A stretch of DNA of 64,000 nt from Proteromonas lacertae (taxonomy: Eukaryota), in the NCBI GenBank assembly GCA_002245135.1, contig NGBS01000299.1, forward strand, positions 62,001 to 126,000, given 5' to 3'. This document shows, one piece after another, positions 24,278-38,800 of the stretch. The position numbers were made by a program, and so were the translations under genes. Each line of letters begins with the position of its first letter. Position 1 is the stretch's first letter. The notes under the pieces were generated by a model that saw nothing but the letters and a program-made list of their open reading frames with translations, did no database searches and was not told the origin of the DNA.

Positions 24278-27242
24278 CTAATTCTTTTTATACTTGTTTT
24301 TAAACACATTTGCTGTTTTTCTAGATGGAATAAAGGATTTAATTAGCTTCGTCAACTCATTTTTATCTATACTATCTTGAGAGAAAGAAGTTTTTTCTGT
24401 AACTTCATGAGAAATATGTTGTATTGGCTGTGACATAGAAATATTACTATTATTTTTGGTTGTTTTATCATTTGTGTTCATATCTCTATTCAGTTTACTC
24501 AAACCTGTTTCAGATTCTTCTTCTGATGATTCATTATTATGCTGATATTTGGATTCTTTTGTGTTTGAGACTATTCTTGATGGCGATTTTGATTTTATTT
24601 CTTTATTTGGAGTGGTTAATTCTGTTTCTGATTCTTCAGATGATGACAATGTGTGAGGAGGAGAATATGTAGGTGATTTAGAACTAATTATGTTTGACAC
24701 CACTTCTTTTGAATATTTTTGTTTCTGTTTTGATTTATTTGGTGTGCTAAATATAATTTGTTCATCATCTGATGAAATATTCTCATTTTTAAATAATGTT
24801 CTTACTACTGACGGTGATGGTTGTGTCATTGGAATATTCAAAATAGGACTTTGAGATTCATTATCACTATCAGAAGAATTGATTTCTTTCTGTGTTAATT
24901 CTTGTTCTTTGTTTGCTTGCTTAGCACTTTCTTGTGTTTTCTGTTTATCCTCAGCTTCTGTTTCAGTTGCTGATTGTTCGTTTTCGCTTGCTAATTCAGG
25001 TATTGTAGTTAATCTTCTATTTTCTTCTTCATCATCCTCTGTTTCTTCCTCCTCCTCTTCTCCTATTGCAGAAGAGTTGTGTGATAATTCAGTTAAAATT
25101 GATCTAATATTGTTTATAGCATCTACTCTTTTATCATCCTTATCCTTATTATTACTATTTATGTTGCTATTTTCATTTTTATTACTATTCACATTTTTAG
25201 TTTCATCATTTATAGGGTTAGTTGTATTATTTTGATTCTTATCTTTTTTCTTTAATTCAGGAGTATCTTTTAATTGAGATTTAACAATTTTTCTTTTAGA
25301 TGAGTCTGATTTTTGATCATCATTTTCATTTAGTGCATCTTCATCATCTTTGTCTTTTTTTGATTTAGATTTTAATCTTGACTTATCATTATCATTATTA
25401 GATTTATTTGACTCTTTAGATGTAGGTGTAGACTTATTATTAAGAATTTTATTTATTGTAATAATTGAATTATTATTATTATCATCATCATCACTCTCTT
25501 TCTCTTTCTCTTTAGTAACCTTTTTAGGAGTTTTATTCTGTTTTGTTGGAGAATTATTCTCTTTTTTCTTTTTATCATCATCATCTTTATCATCTCTTTG
25601 TTTTATACTATTATTCTCATTTGGGGGTGTAACAGCTTTACTCTTTTTACTTCTCTTTGATTTAGGTGTTTCTTTTATAGGAGATTCTTTTCTTTTTCTT
25701 TTAGATAAATCTGTCATGAGATAATCATTTTCATCATCATCATCACTAGATAAATCTTCATCATCTTCATATACTTTATTTATTTTATTCTTAAATTTAT
25801 TTGACTCTTTAGATGTAAGTGTAGACTTATTATTAAGAATTTTATTTATTGTAATAATTGAATTATCATCATCATCATCTCTTTCTTTTTCTTTTTCTTT
25901 CGTTTCTGTAGATGTTTTTGGAGTATTAACAGAAGATTTAGTCAAATTCTGTGGAGATTGAGTTTTATTCACTTTATTCTTTATATAACTATCATATTTT
26001 ACATTCTTTGATTTATCATATGAAGGAGTAGTAGTATTTGTTTGATTCTTTTTACTTCTCTTTGATTTAGGTGTTTCTTTTATAGGAGATTCTTTTCTTT
26101 TTCTTTTAGATAAATCTGTCATGAGATAATCATTTTCATCATCATCATCACTAGAAAAATCTTCATCATCTTCAAATACCTTCATTTTATCAATCTTTGA
26201 CTTTGATATAGGAGACTTTTTTGATAATGGCGTAGATTTTTGAGACTTTTTCACTTTCATAATACTATTATCTTGTTTATCCTCTCCATTTTCATTATCA
26301 TTTTCTTTGTCAACCTCATCCTCAGTCAATATTGATTCTAATTCTGAATCTGTATTAGAAAAAGAAGAATCAGAAGAAGTAGCATATCCTTCTTCATCAT
26401 CATCATTTTCTGTTAAATCGTTATTCTCTTTCTCTTCTTCTTCTTCTTCTGATTGAGATTTTGATCCATTCAGTAATACTTCATTATCTTTATCATTATT
26501 TACATTAGATGATTCTGATAAACTATTATTTACAGACATTGGAGTAGTTGGATTACTCTTTGTTGAGGATCTCCTTTGTTTTTGTTTTGATGTTGGAGTA
26601 TAAGCTGGAAATTTAGTTTTAGATGATCTACGTTTGGATTTTGTTGAACTATTTTCTAATTCAGGTGATTTTGTCAATGAATTGTTTATAGTTGATGATG
26701 GTGATAATATGTCTATTGAATGTGGTGGTGGTTCTATGGAATGATCTGATTCAGTATCTTCATTTTCATCATTTCTATTTGAAGGTGTTGAATTTCCTGA
26801 AATTTCACCTATTTCTGAAAAACTGATTTGTGATCTTTTACTTCTGACTGTTACATTACAACTTGACCGATTGGATTTGGACAATGACGCATTTAAACTT
26901 ATCATTGATCTTCTTGATATTTTTTCGATATAAAATGTTATATTATTCTGTATTTTTCTAACTTCATCATCATTCTTCCATAATTTTGGTACTGCATAAA
27001 TGTTACTCATCTACAACAATAACATTACAATTAATACATCATCATCATCATATCCATTTGGAAGCACAAAAATAAGTTCGTTTGTATTAACATCAAACCT
27101 AGAAAGTAGAAATAATAATTCTATACTGTTGAGATATTTTCTTTAGAATTTTGGGCTTTACTTCATCATATGTATCAGAAGAATCTATTTTAAAATGCAG
27201 TAGAGATTTAGTTGGAATGAAAAAGGCAAATACATTTATCAT
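24278..27242 (-). CDS. Large S/D/E/K-rich low-complexity, probably nuclear protein with a small folded N-terminal (possibly ubiquitin-like) domain; 2 introns
   Basis: ATG at 27242 (MINVFAFFIPTKSLLHFKIDSSDTYDEVK...) splices into ORF 24278-27010; NLS-like KRKRK, many SP/TP sites. Confidence 0.6.
25400..26175. repeat. Internal ~400 bp duplication within the low-complexity gene
   Basis: SSDDDDENDYLMTDLSKRKRKESPIKETPKSKRSKK is encoded twice almost identically (~25645-25770 and ~26050-26175); NSIITINKILNNKST..SKESNK is also duplicated (~25405-25475 and ~25800-25870). Confidence 0.9.
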
Positions 27243-27422
27243 TTATCAAACCTATTAGCTTGATTCTTCTTTTTATAAAACTATATAAAACCACAAGCAA
27301 AAACATAAATTGAAAAATATATTTATTTATGAGATTTATATGACCAAATCTAATCTTTTAAATAAATTAATTCTTTCTTGTTTTAATTTCACTATGAATT
27401 ACATATATTAAAGAAATTAGCT

Positions 27423-29824
27423 TTATCTATCTGTCAAAAAGATATATTTATCTAACAAACTTGAGTTTGTATTAGTTTTTTCAGATTTATTTCTAGTTCT
27501 TGGAGTTTGATTGGGTGTAGAGGCAATTACTTCTTTCCTTAGTCTTTTGTTACTCTCTAATAATGATTGCATCTCCTCTTCTTGGTTAGATAATTTTGTT
27601 TCTAATTCTTTTATATATTTTATCTATTATTTTTTAATTGAATATAATAATATTATTACAATACTTTTGAATCTAAATCTGACTGAATTGTCTTTTGTCC
27701 ATCTTTGAATGATAATTTCAATGCTTTTATTGTTTCTTCAGATTTCTTTAAATCTTCTTGATGTTGTAATCTTGTTGAGTTTAATAATGTTTGTAATTGA
27801 TTTATTGTATTTTGATATTCACTTTCTTTATCGCTTTTATGATTATTCTGCTGTCTTAATATATTTAATTCTGAAGTAAGTGATTTTACTGTTTCTGTTA
27901 AATCTATTGATTGCTTTTGTGACATTCTTGATGCTTTAGTCAAATCAACTTGCTTTTTGGTTAATTTCTTCGTCTGAATTAATAACTTATCTTTTTCTGA
28001 TTTTATTTTGTCATAATCTTTTTGAAGAAGCTCAATATCTTTTGTATATTTTATTATTTTATTTTCTATTACTGTTTTATACACATTATGATCTTTTACT
28101 TGCTGCTGAAGTTTTGCCATTCTTTTATTCATTCCATTAATCTTTTCTTCATAATCTTGCTTTATTAACTGTATTTCTTCATCATATTTATGAAATGATT
28201 CCACTTGTTGTTGTGATTCTATTTCAATTAGTGAAGGAGATTTTTCTTCCCTTAATTTCTATTCAATAATAATAAAACACTAAACTATACATTTATAATT
28301 AGTAATAGTTGACTAAAAGAATAACACACTTTATCTCCAGATTCTGCTCTTTTTAGCAATTCATTTACAAGCTAATAGATTTATTATTTAATATATATAC
28401 AATATCATCATCATCGTCACTTTTAATATCTAAAATATTAGACAAAGATTTCCTAATTACTGAATCAATATCATTTTCTTCTAATTGTATTTGCATATTA
28501 TCTCCATTTTCATTTTCATTATTATTGATAATAATATTATAATCATTTTCTTCTTCATCTTCATTGTTATTATTATCATATATATTTAAACTTTTAGGAG
28601 AATATGGAGGAGGAGGTGGTGGTGGTGGTGGTGGTTGCAGTGGAGGTGAAAATAAAGAAATATTATTATTGCTATCATTACTATTAGTTTTCTGTTTAGA
28701 GTCATTGCTGTTACAATCATTATCATACTCTTCATCCATTTTAAACAGTTTTAATTTAGCTTTAACTGGAGTTCTACTGTACAATGCAATTGGACTCATA
28801 TGATCGTGGTTATAAAACAATTCTCCATTACTTAATATAGAAAAAATATTCATTAGTTAAAGATATTATAAAAATAAAAAGAAAATAAAAAGATATTGAA
28901 TTATAATATGATAAATTCTTTGTCATTTTATCAAATAATACTAAATGATTGACAGTGATTTTCATTTCGTCATAAAACTTAAATAATTGCGTAACATATG
29001 AAGAAGTAATATTATTCTCTTTATAATATGAATAACAACAATCATATAACTCTTTTTCTATTATTACATCATTATTATAATTTATACTTTCAATTATTTC
29101 ATTGCCTAAAACAATCAATGATAGATTTGATAAAATAGAATTATTCTTTTCAATAGACAATACAACAATATATGTTTTATATGGATCTAACTTTCCTATA
29201 ATATATTATTAGAAATAGCAATAATAAATACCATAATGAGCATTAAATAATGAATTTGGATCATCAGTAACTTTCAATCTAATTTCTAACAGCTTTGAGG
29301 GGGTAAGTAAACCATCAAATGATTTCGATGAAAGAGGAGATGATTGAGTAAAATTGTTATTGAGAATATCATATCCTCCATTCTCATCTACTAAATACCA
29401 TTTTATTAATATGTTTGACTTTGTATCAATACTTCGATATAATAATAAACATATCATAGCTAATAAACTATTTGCATTTGATGAAGTAATATTATTAAAC
29501 AACGGTTGAATTAAATCTCTTCCCCATAAGATTAAGGATTTTGATTCTCCTGATACAAATGTTTCTAAATAAGACATAATATATGATTTAACAAGCACAA
29601 TTCCATCAGGATCACTGTTAATTATCTATATTGTATAAATTGTATAAAATTACTCTTCCAAATGGTATTTGCTTTTTAGAAGTTAGAGATTCTGATATTA
29701 CTAATTTATTACCAGACACAACAATTTTTGATTTTTTCTATTAGAGAATAATTTAACAATTTTATACATTATCTTCCTTTTCTTCATCATTATAAATCCA
29801 TAAAATGGTATTTTTCTCTTTCAT
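27423..29824 (-). CDS. Multi-exon protein with a possible highly degenerate kinesin-like N-terminal domain, polyproline linker and C-terminal coiled coil
   Basis: ORF fragments 29209-29598, 28828-29160, 28365-28853 and 27656-28204 lie on one strand separated by short introns; ATG at 29824; last exon ends ...YIFLTDR* at 27423. Confidence 0.55.
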
Positions 29825-29847
29825 TCTATCGTTTAGAAAATTCAAAC

Positions 29848-29855
29848 TGTCAAGC
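29848..29855 (+). promoter_or_regulatory. TGTCAAGC candidate promoter element, 46 nt before ATG 29902
   Basis: Same 8-mer at similar spacing before ATG 51680 and ATG 60005 (minus strand). Confidence 0.4.
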
Positions 29856-29901
29856 AATAGGCTTGAGATTATTCGTTTATTTTAAAATTTGGAATAATAG
29901 G

Positions 29902-31196
29902 ATGAGTATACAGGGAAGCTTAAGTGAAGATTCTAAGATTATAGCTGGTTTATGTTTCTGTATATCTAAATTATTATTTTCTAGTAAATGATGATGAGAT
30001 TAAAACAATTCATTCTTTATTTATTAAACATTGTAATATGTATAATTCATGCTGTTATAATTTTGTAGAAATAATCAATTAATGAATTATAATCACTTTC
30101 TGGAAATGACCAACGAGCATACTTTACCTGCTATACAATCATTTTTTAATATATATAGTATGTAACTATTTAGAATATATTAAAAATAGAGGAAATAAAC
30201 TGGAGCACTTTTTTTTCATTATACACAATTTTTTCTTTTCTGAGATATGATGTTACAATAAAATTAATAATCATCATAAGTGGTATAAAGTATGGTGATT
30301 CAATTGCAATATCAGATGTAATACTACTGCTTCATGGCATATCTAGTACAACATTTATTAATAAAATAATAGATGATGAGTATAAATTTCATTTTTTATA
30401 CCATTATAGTAAAACAACAGAATCATATCAGGTTAATAATCTAATAGATACTTTAGTCAGTACTCCTAAAGCACTTCAGCTTTTAAAGAATTTTCAATTT
30501 TATTTAAGTCATTTAGTTTTTACACAATTACATATAAAAGAAGTATTAAAAAGAAAAAATAAAGTCATTTATAGAAATAATTATTATTTGAAATATCATA
30601 AATATCCAACTGAATGTTGTTTGAGTAATATATTTAGAGTATTAATGAATAAACCCTATCCTTACCAATATGATTATGAAGTCGATCCAAACAGTGAAAG
30701 AAAGAAAATACGATTTTTAATTGATCATTATAAACATATATTACTTCATTCAAAAAATGCAAATTATAGACTATTACATAACATAGTTAAAGATAGTTGT
30801 GATGGTGGTTGTGGTGCATTTATACCTGACAGAATATCGTGTAATTCAGAATGTTCAAAAACAAAATATCAAACTGCTAATTTAGCTAGTTGTTCAAGAT
30901 CTAAACACAATTCCACTGTTTCATCGGATAATGACTCACTTCCTCCTTTGATTGTTAATAGATCATCTATAAAAATAACTGTAGCTCCTAGACCACCTGA
31001 CAAATTAGAGAGAATCAAAATTAATAAAATAGTTTTTCACTCATCTTCTAAAAATGTAGAAGATAATAGATCTAGAAGGTCTTCAATAGATTATAATGTA
31101 CATTTATCACAATGTAGTGAAAATAATCATACTGTTGTACCAATGTCTCAGAATAGTGCTATTGATATAGATCACAGTCATGATTTATTAGTTTAA
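29902..31196 (+). CDS. Degenerate EF-hand-like family, copy 1 (4 introns)
   Basis: Spliced MSIQGSLSEDSKIIAGLCF|LNDDEIKTIHSLF...EINWSTFF...EVLKRK...YPTECCLSNIFRVLMNKPYPYQYDY. Confidence 0.7.
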
Positions 31197-31290
31197 AGTT
31201 ATAAGTGTTTTATTTATTTATATGATGTCTTTTTTAAATTAAGAAATTATTTGAAATTTGATCCGTTTCACAATCTTCTTTCTTCGTTAT

Positions 31291-32512
31291 ATGATAAATG
31301 TGATGACTTTTATGCCTTCGTTAGATGAACAATCAAAAATTATAGCTAGCCTGTGTTATTGTATAATATTATTTGTTTATATTAACTCTTCTTAGTCAAT
31401 CAGAAAGAAATCTTGACTATCTATAATTGGTTCAAGAGCAAACATGATCTGTATAAATATTTGTTGTGAATCATTTTATTTTTAGAGATAATACTTATTT
31501 ATCATATGAAAAATTCTGTAGATTGTTTGATACATTCAAATTTAAAATTATACAACGTTATTATTCTAAATATAGTATGAATATAAGAATATGATATTCC
31601 TAGAACAACTAGATTTTGATAAATTCTTTCATCTTGTAGTTATGCTAGGATTATGTGAAGGTGAAATTATTCTTAAAAGTATATAGCATTTATATTTATT
31701 AATAATAATTCATAGTTGTCTTACTACTGTTAGGTATAAATTGTGATTCTCCTATCACTTATGAAGATTTTGTACTTATTATTACAGAACTATCAAATGA
31801 TTTTATGATTCCAACAAGATATTTAAAATTAAATCTAACCTTTCCAATGGATTTTGATGAACTTATAAGCTTTATAGATGAAAATCCAAAAGCATATGAA
31901 AAATTCCAATCATTACAAAGAACAATCGGTCATAGTTTATTCCCTAAGAAACATCAGTATCAGGAAATATTAAAAAGAAAAGTAAATATGTTATATGCTG
32001 AAGAATTTATGAGAGAAAATGGAGGAATGAAACCAAGAGCATCTTGTATGTTTATGATAAAGAATATATTATTTGGAGATCCATATCCTTATCGATTTGA
32101 TTATCAAATATTTCCTAATGAATCAAATGAATCCATTTTGAAATTATTAAGTTATTATAAAGAAGAATTTGTTGATCATTTCCCTAAACAAACTTTTAAA
32201 CCAATCCCTTCTTATCAAAATCCAAATATATGTAGTTTAAAGAATGAAGGTGAAATATTAACATTTAGAGATAGGAATATTGATAAAAAAGCACACGATC
32301 AAGTTGCTAATAGAAGATGTAGCTCAAGATCTATGTATGAAATAAAAATAGATGATTTAGAAGAGTTGAATAATAAGATTGATTCACCTTCAAAGTTGCA
32401 AACTAAAAAACCAGCTTTATCTATAGATAATAATGAGATAAATAATGAAGAGAAAGTAAAGATTATAAATGTTGATGAAATTGAATGTGTAGTAAAAGAT
32501 AATTTAAATTAA
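31291..32512 (+). CDS. Degenerate EF-hand-like family, copy 2 (4 introns)
   Basis: Spliced ...SLDEQSKIIASLCY|FNQKEILTIYNWF...QLDFDKFF...PITYEDF...MDFDELISFIDENP...YQEILKRK...SCMFMIKNILFGDPYPYRFDY; first three introns at the same positions as copy 1. Confidence 0.72.
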
Positions 32513-32841
32513 TTGTATGTATATTTGTGTAATAATAATATTCTATTCATTTATTAAAGTAAGTGTTTTGGTTTAAGATACTTATTATTGGAAAGAATTT
32601 ATATATTAAACACAATTTAAGTTTTTCGCCATTCACCAATAGAAGCTAAAATAACCTGTTTATAGCAATTTTAAAATCTTAACTAAATAATCAAAATGAA
32701 ACATAACAATAATAGTTAACACAAAAATATGTTGAAATTATCAATGTTAATTATTATAGAGTGTTTGGATGGTAAAAAATTTTAAAAAATTCAATTCTAT
32801 TTTGAATTACTAAATCTAAGAATAGCCAATTAAAAGTGAGC

Positions 32842-35800
32842 ATGAATAATATTTTGTGGTTTTTGTTTATTATCTCATTATATGGTGTATCTTCAACATC
32901 ATATAATGATTTCAATGTATTGATAGAAGCTGATTCACAAGATTCTTTATATGTTGTAATCGACAGTAGATATTACAAAATATTAAACGAGAATGATTTC
33001 AAAATAACGCCAGGTATGAGTATTAGTAGTTTTACAACTGATGAAATCGCCTACACTTCAAAGATTTCTGCTTATGAATATCTACCTGAGCTAGACACAA
33101 TCGAAAATAGTATAAAAAATCGCAGTCTGAGTGGTGAATGGAGTAATGAGTTTTTCGGAAAAACAAACATAAGAATAGCCATCTTAAGAGCAATATGGCC
33201 TAGATTCGGTGATCATCCATATCAGTGCATGTCAGTAGAAAATATGCGTTTAGGACTTGAAGAATTAAATCATGCCATAAGATTATGGTCAGGAAATCAG
33301 ATTGGTTTAAATGTGAGTGGTTGTTATATATCTGAATGTTTAGATGGTGTTAGCGACGCAGAATATGCAGATACATCAAATCATGAAGAAATGGTTAGTG
33401 TTTGGTACAACAGAATTCTAAGTTGGTATAAATGGCCAAATGGAATAAAAAAAAGAGACTTTCCAACCGTTGCAATGTCATTTGGTAATGTAAAAACAGG
33501 TTGGGTTGGTATAGCTACAAAAGCCAATACTCCTAGAACTTGGTATTTTAATGCTCAAACAAGATATTTATATCTAAATGCTGGTTTTAATACAGCTGAT
33601 ATTCGTCGTACATTTGTTCATGAAATAGGTCATAATATGGGATTTAGTCATGCTGGTGGTCGTTCAGAAGGTGATACAGGTCAATTACTAAGATATAATA
33701 TGATAGATGGTTATGGTGACACATCCAATTATATGGGTCATGGTTTGTGGTATGGACCAATAGCATCAAGACAGTATTATTATATAGTGTCAAATAGAAA
33801 TCCGCAGCCATGGCATTGGTTTAAATTAGAAGAAGTTGGTACTTATACTGTGAGATTATATGCTTATGATCATCCATATTCTAGACATTTCTTTGGTCCA
33901 ACAACTCCATATCATACTGATGATGAAGAATTTGATGGTGTTAAAATGAAGTATACAACAATGTCATTAGAAATTCCTTTTGATAAAGATACAATGGTTA
34001 GTCAACTTGATATGAATGGATTTAGATATATGTCTACAATGTTAGATTATCGATATACAGAAGCTGGACAGCAAGCATGGCCTGCTCGAAGTTTAAGATG
34101 GTTATGGGGAATTATTGAAGCAAATCAAGATAAAGATAATTTATTAGATATCGATGTAGATGGAATGTGGGGAAACAAGAATGGTTGGGGAGATAATCAA
34201 TTACCACTTGGTGTAACTTGGACTCCAAAACATATTGATAGAGGAACAATGACATTTAGATTAATTAGAATTCATCCTGGCACTTTAGACTCAACAACAT
34301 TTGGAGCAATTGATGATGTAAAACAAAGAGAATATGATGAACCTGCTTATGTGGATATAGAAGTTACATATAAACCAGGAGTTCCATTTGTTAAACCACC
34401 ACCACCTAATTTCCCAACATATATAAAATCTTCTTCAATTATTTCATGTACAACTGATGAAGTGGCAAATACAATGAATTGTCAATCTCAAACTAAAACC
34501 TTTTGGTTTTATGGTGTAAGTGAAGGTGATAAAAATATTCCTCGAGTTTATAGAGACAACCAAGTATATATTGATGGAAGGAAAGCAGTTTCATCATATA
34601 ATGGATTTAATTATGCTAGTTATTTCCATTGTTTTGGTGAAACAATCAATCATCGATGTGTTAAAATAACAGTTAATGGTTTCTCCCAAAGTGGTATTAG
34701 TAATGTGAACTTATGGCATGATTCAACAGTTTTAATTGGACCAAATGATCAATCTTTATCATTCAGCTATGCTGGAAATTCAATATTCTGTCAATTTACA
34801 AATAATCCATCCAAAGTAACAATAGGTGATATATATGGAGGAGAAGTAGATGTTACTAGTTATCTTGTTGGTGGATTTATATTTTATAGACTTCCCGATT
34901 TTACAGTAGATGGCTTATTTGAAGGTGCAATAAGACTTCATGATGTTTCTGGAAATATAATATCATATTATAATTTTCAAATGACAAGAGGAAATAATAC
35001 AGACCGAATTGCCTTTAGAAAGAAAAGAGATAATGGTAAATATGAGATAAGTGCTGCTGCAATTCCAGTAAATAAATTCACAGCTCCAACAATGTTATTT
35101 AGTCATACTCTCCAACCAAATGTGAAATTGTATTATCCAATAGTTCATTTAAAGAAGAATGATTATATTTATGTTGATTTTCATGGAATAATTCCTGATG
35201 GTTTGAAGATGGAAACAGAAGTAGAAAATGGAATAGCTGAATTTGATTTAAGTGAATTAAGTGGATATAAAGATATATCTTACAAGATAGTCTGTTTAGA
35301 TGTAATGCATATGACAAAAGGTTGGTGCGATTTTTATTCATTTACATTCAATACAGAAATCACAGTATTAAGTATAAGAGAAGTCTTATCAACAAAATTT
35401 GGTAATCAAAGATCAAACAGAAATGCAGGTAATAGTAAATTTGGTTATAAAAGTCAAAGATATGGAATAGTAATAAATCCAATCAAAATAGAATATATTC
35501 CATTTAAAAAGACAATCAATGGAATTGAATATGATTTTGATGATGTTAATAGATATTATGAATTAGGAAATAACGTAAAACCACCAACTCCACCAGCACC
35601 AACAACAACACCTCCTCCTATACCAGATTTATCTACAAATGAAGAAATCGAAGTAATAATAAAAGGTGGTGAAAATGAGTATAGTACAATAGTTTATAAA
35701 TTAAAAGACAAATACAATCGTTTAATTGAATTATTTTCTTCATTAAAATCTGGTGAAAATCGAATAAGTAAATATGCTAAACATGAAGATTATTATGTTT

Positions 35801-38800
35801 ATTATGGAAATAAGGTTAGTAAAAATAAATGGACAAATTCTGAAATAATCATCTCCATAGTTGATGGTCCAATATTATTTAATGGAAGTTATGATGGAAG
35901 TGAAGAATTAAACTCTTATCATGTGATAATAAAGAATTATATGAAAACAAACAAAAACTTGAGATATAGTGATGTAGAACCACATGATGGAAGTTGGAAA
36001 GAAGGACAGAGTGTGAATACTTGGAAAGATGGAAGTTCACACTTAGATTCACTTGGAAATGTGAATAAAAGATATTATTATAAATCAATCGAGTTTCAAG
36101 AATCAATGGAAGAGATTATATCATTCTATATGAAAATGAAGATATGTGGAAAAGCCAAAATTTATATGAATAATATCTTAATTCGAATGATAGAAAAATC
36201 CAGCTTAGATGATTATTATGAATTTACAACTCAAAGTGATATAATAAAGAATGGAATAAACCATTTAGCGATAGAATTTGAGAATACAAATAATATAGAA
36301 GATGATATATTTGAAATTAGTCAATTCTTTTTCTTAACAGTTGATCCAAATCTCGTTTATTTACCTACCACACCTCCTCCAACAAGAAATCCATCTGATT
36401 TGAGTCTAATAACTGAAAATACTATATGGGAATATACAGATAATATTCAATATGATGAATTATGGAGTGCTTTCTATAGATCAGATTTAGATAATTGGAA
36501 TAAATCATCAGAAACTCATTTTGAACCAAAATCAGTAATAAGTCGATATTATCGAACAACCTTTACAATCGAAAGTGAATTATCTGTAGTAGGAACTCCT
36601 CGATTAGAATTGAAGTTTAGCGAAGGAATAATCGTTTATATAAATGGATTTGAAATCTATCGATACAATTTAGAAGGTGGAATAATTCAATCAGATATGA
36701 AAGCAATAAAATCTTTTACAATTCCTAAAATTAAAATAATAATGATTCCTTTGAAGTGTAATCTACCAAGGTAGAAATTTTATATCAGTAGAAATTCATG
36801 AGAATAAAGAAGTATTAAACAAAATTGATTCATTCTATTTGAGATTAGGAATAACTGATCCAATATATGATGAAAAGTTAATGACTCCAAATGATGATGT
36901 AAATATTAATCATTATACTAAAAAAGAAGGTTTGAATTGGGCTAATCCTACTGGAATTCATGATGATTATGAAAATATAGGAACAATAAATAAATTCAAC
37001 TATAATTATGGTATTGCTGATGTATTACCTTGGAGTACAACAATCTCATTAAAGAGTGATGAAGCAAGATATGTGAATGTATTTAAGTTAGCTGCTTGTA
37101 CCAATTCTGCAGTTACTCATCCAAAGAGTATAATCGTATATGGATCAACAGATAAAGATAATCCAGATTGGGATGAGATATATCGAAATGAAGATTTGGG
37201 TTTTGAATCAACAACAACTGCTGCTTCAATTAGCTAGTTGTTCTGATCAACTAACCATTACACTTCCGACTTATAAATCATATGAATCATTTAAAGTCAC
37301 CATATTAACAACAGGTAGTTATAATAAATGGATTCAATTCCGATTATTAACATTTAGTCAATCCAGACCAAAGATATGTAAAAGTGAAGGAGAATATCCA
37401 AATGGATTTGGAAATGGTATAGTAAGAATTCCTTGTAATGAAATTGGATTTAAAAGTCGAAAATGTAAAGAAAATGGTTATTGGGATAGAGATATTGATG
37501 ACAGTATGTGTAATGTTTATCCAACACTACCTCCACCAACTATACATCCTGATGATTCTTCATTAATAAATACTAATGATTTCTATTATACTGATACTCC
37601 TCAAAATGATTTATCTTGGATTTCTTATTTTAAACCTGATGAAGATGGTTGGATAAAAGCTGCTAAATTTCCTATGATTTATACAATAACCAGATATTAT
37701 CGAAACACTTTTACTTTAAAAAGTAATTTAACAGCAATTAGTTATCCTACTTTTAAAAGTAGGTTTTATCATGGAATTGTAGTATATGTAAATGGAAAAG
37801 AAATATATCGAAAAAATATGCCTGATGGTGTTGTTAATTCTGAAACATTAGCACTTGATCAAAATGGTTTTCTTGATGTATTTTTAATTAGAATTCCTCC
37901 AAGTGTTCTTCAACAAGGAACAAACTATATAGCATTTGAAATGCATAAAGTAGCTAAACCAGCTGGATATGGAGATTTATCTGAATCATCTTTACAGATA
38001 TTAGAAAGTTTTAAAGATGAGATAATAGTTACACCAAATATTGATGTAGAAATAGAATCATTTCCACATACAGATGGTCTTTTAATTGATAATGAAACAG
38101 AATCAACAAGATATGATTATGATAATATGAAATCAATAAGTAAGTTTTTATATTATAAAGGAAATAATGAAACAATATGCTTCTCAAAAAGATGTATTAC
38201 CTTGGACAACCATAATCAAGTTTAAAGGATTTGAAGCACGATATTTTAATACATTCCGATTAAGTGGTTGTCTTGATGATGTTCAATCACATCCAAATAA
38301 TATAAAGATATTTGCAGCAACAGATAAAAAATATCCATATTGGGAAGAAATATATTCAAATACTAGTTTAAGCAATGGTCAAGAAGAAAGTTGTGAAAAT
38401 AAATTATCAATTCCAATCGAGATTTATAAATCATATGAAATATTTAAAGTAGTTGTATATGATACAATATTATGGAAAGATTATATTCAATTTAAATCAT
38501 TGATGTTTAGTCAAAATCGAATAAGAGTGTGTGAGTCAGAAGGTGGTTATCCACAGACAGCTGGTGGTCTTACAGTTCGAATTGATTGTGATATAAGAGG
38601 ATATGAAACTCGAAAATGTGGCTATGATGGAAAATGGTTAGAAGCTGATCTGAGTAATTGTGAAAAGAAAAACATGCCAACCACACTCAAGCCAACAACT
38701 CCAAAACCAACAACAATTCCTCCAACAACTCCAAAACCAACAACAATTCCTCCAACAACACAATCTCCTACCACACTAAATCCAACAACAACACCAAAAC

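Noticed and set aside
24460..25724. Plus-strand L/S/F-rich ORFs
   Set aside because: Antisense shadows of the K/E/D-rich low-complexity gene.
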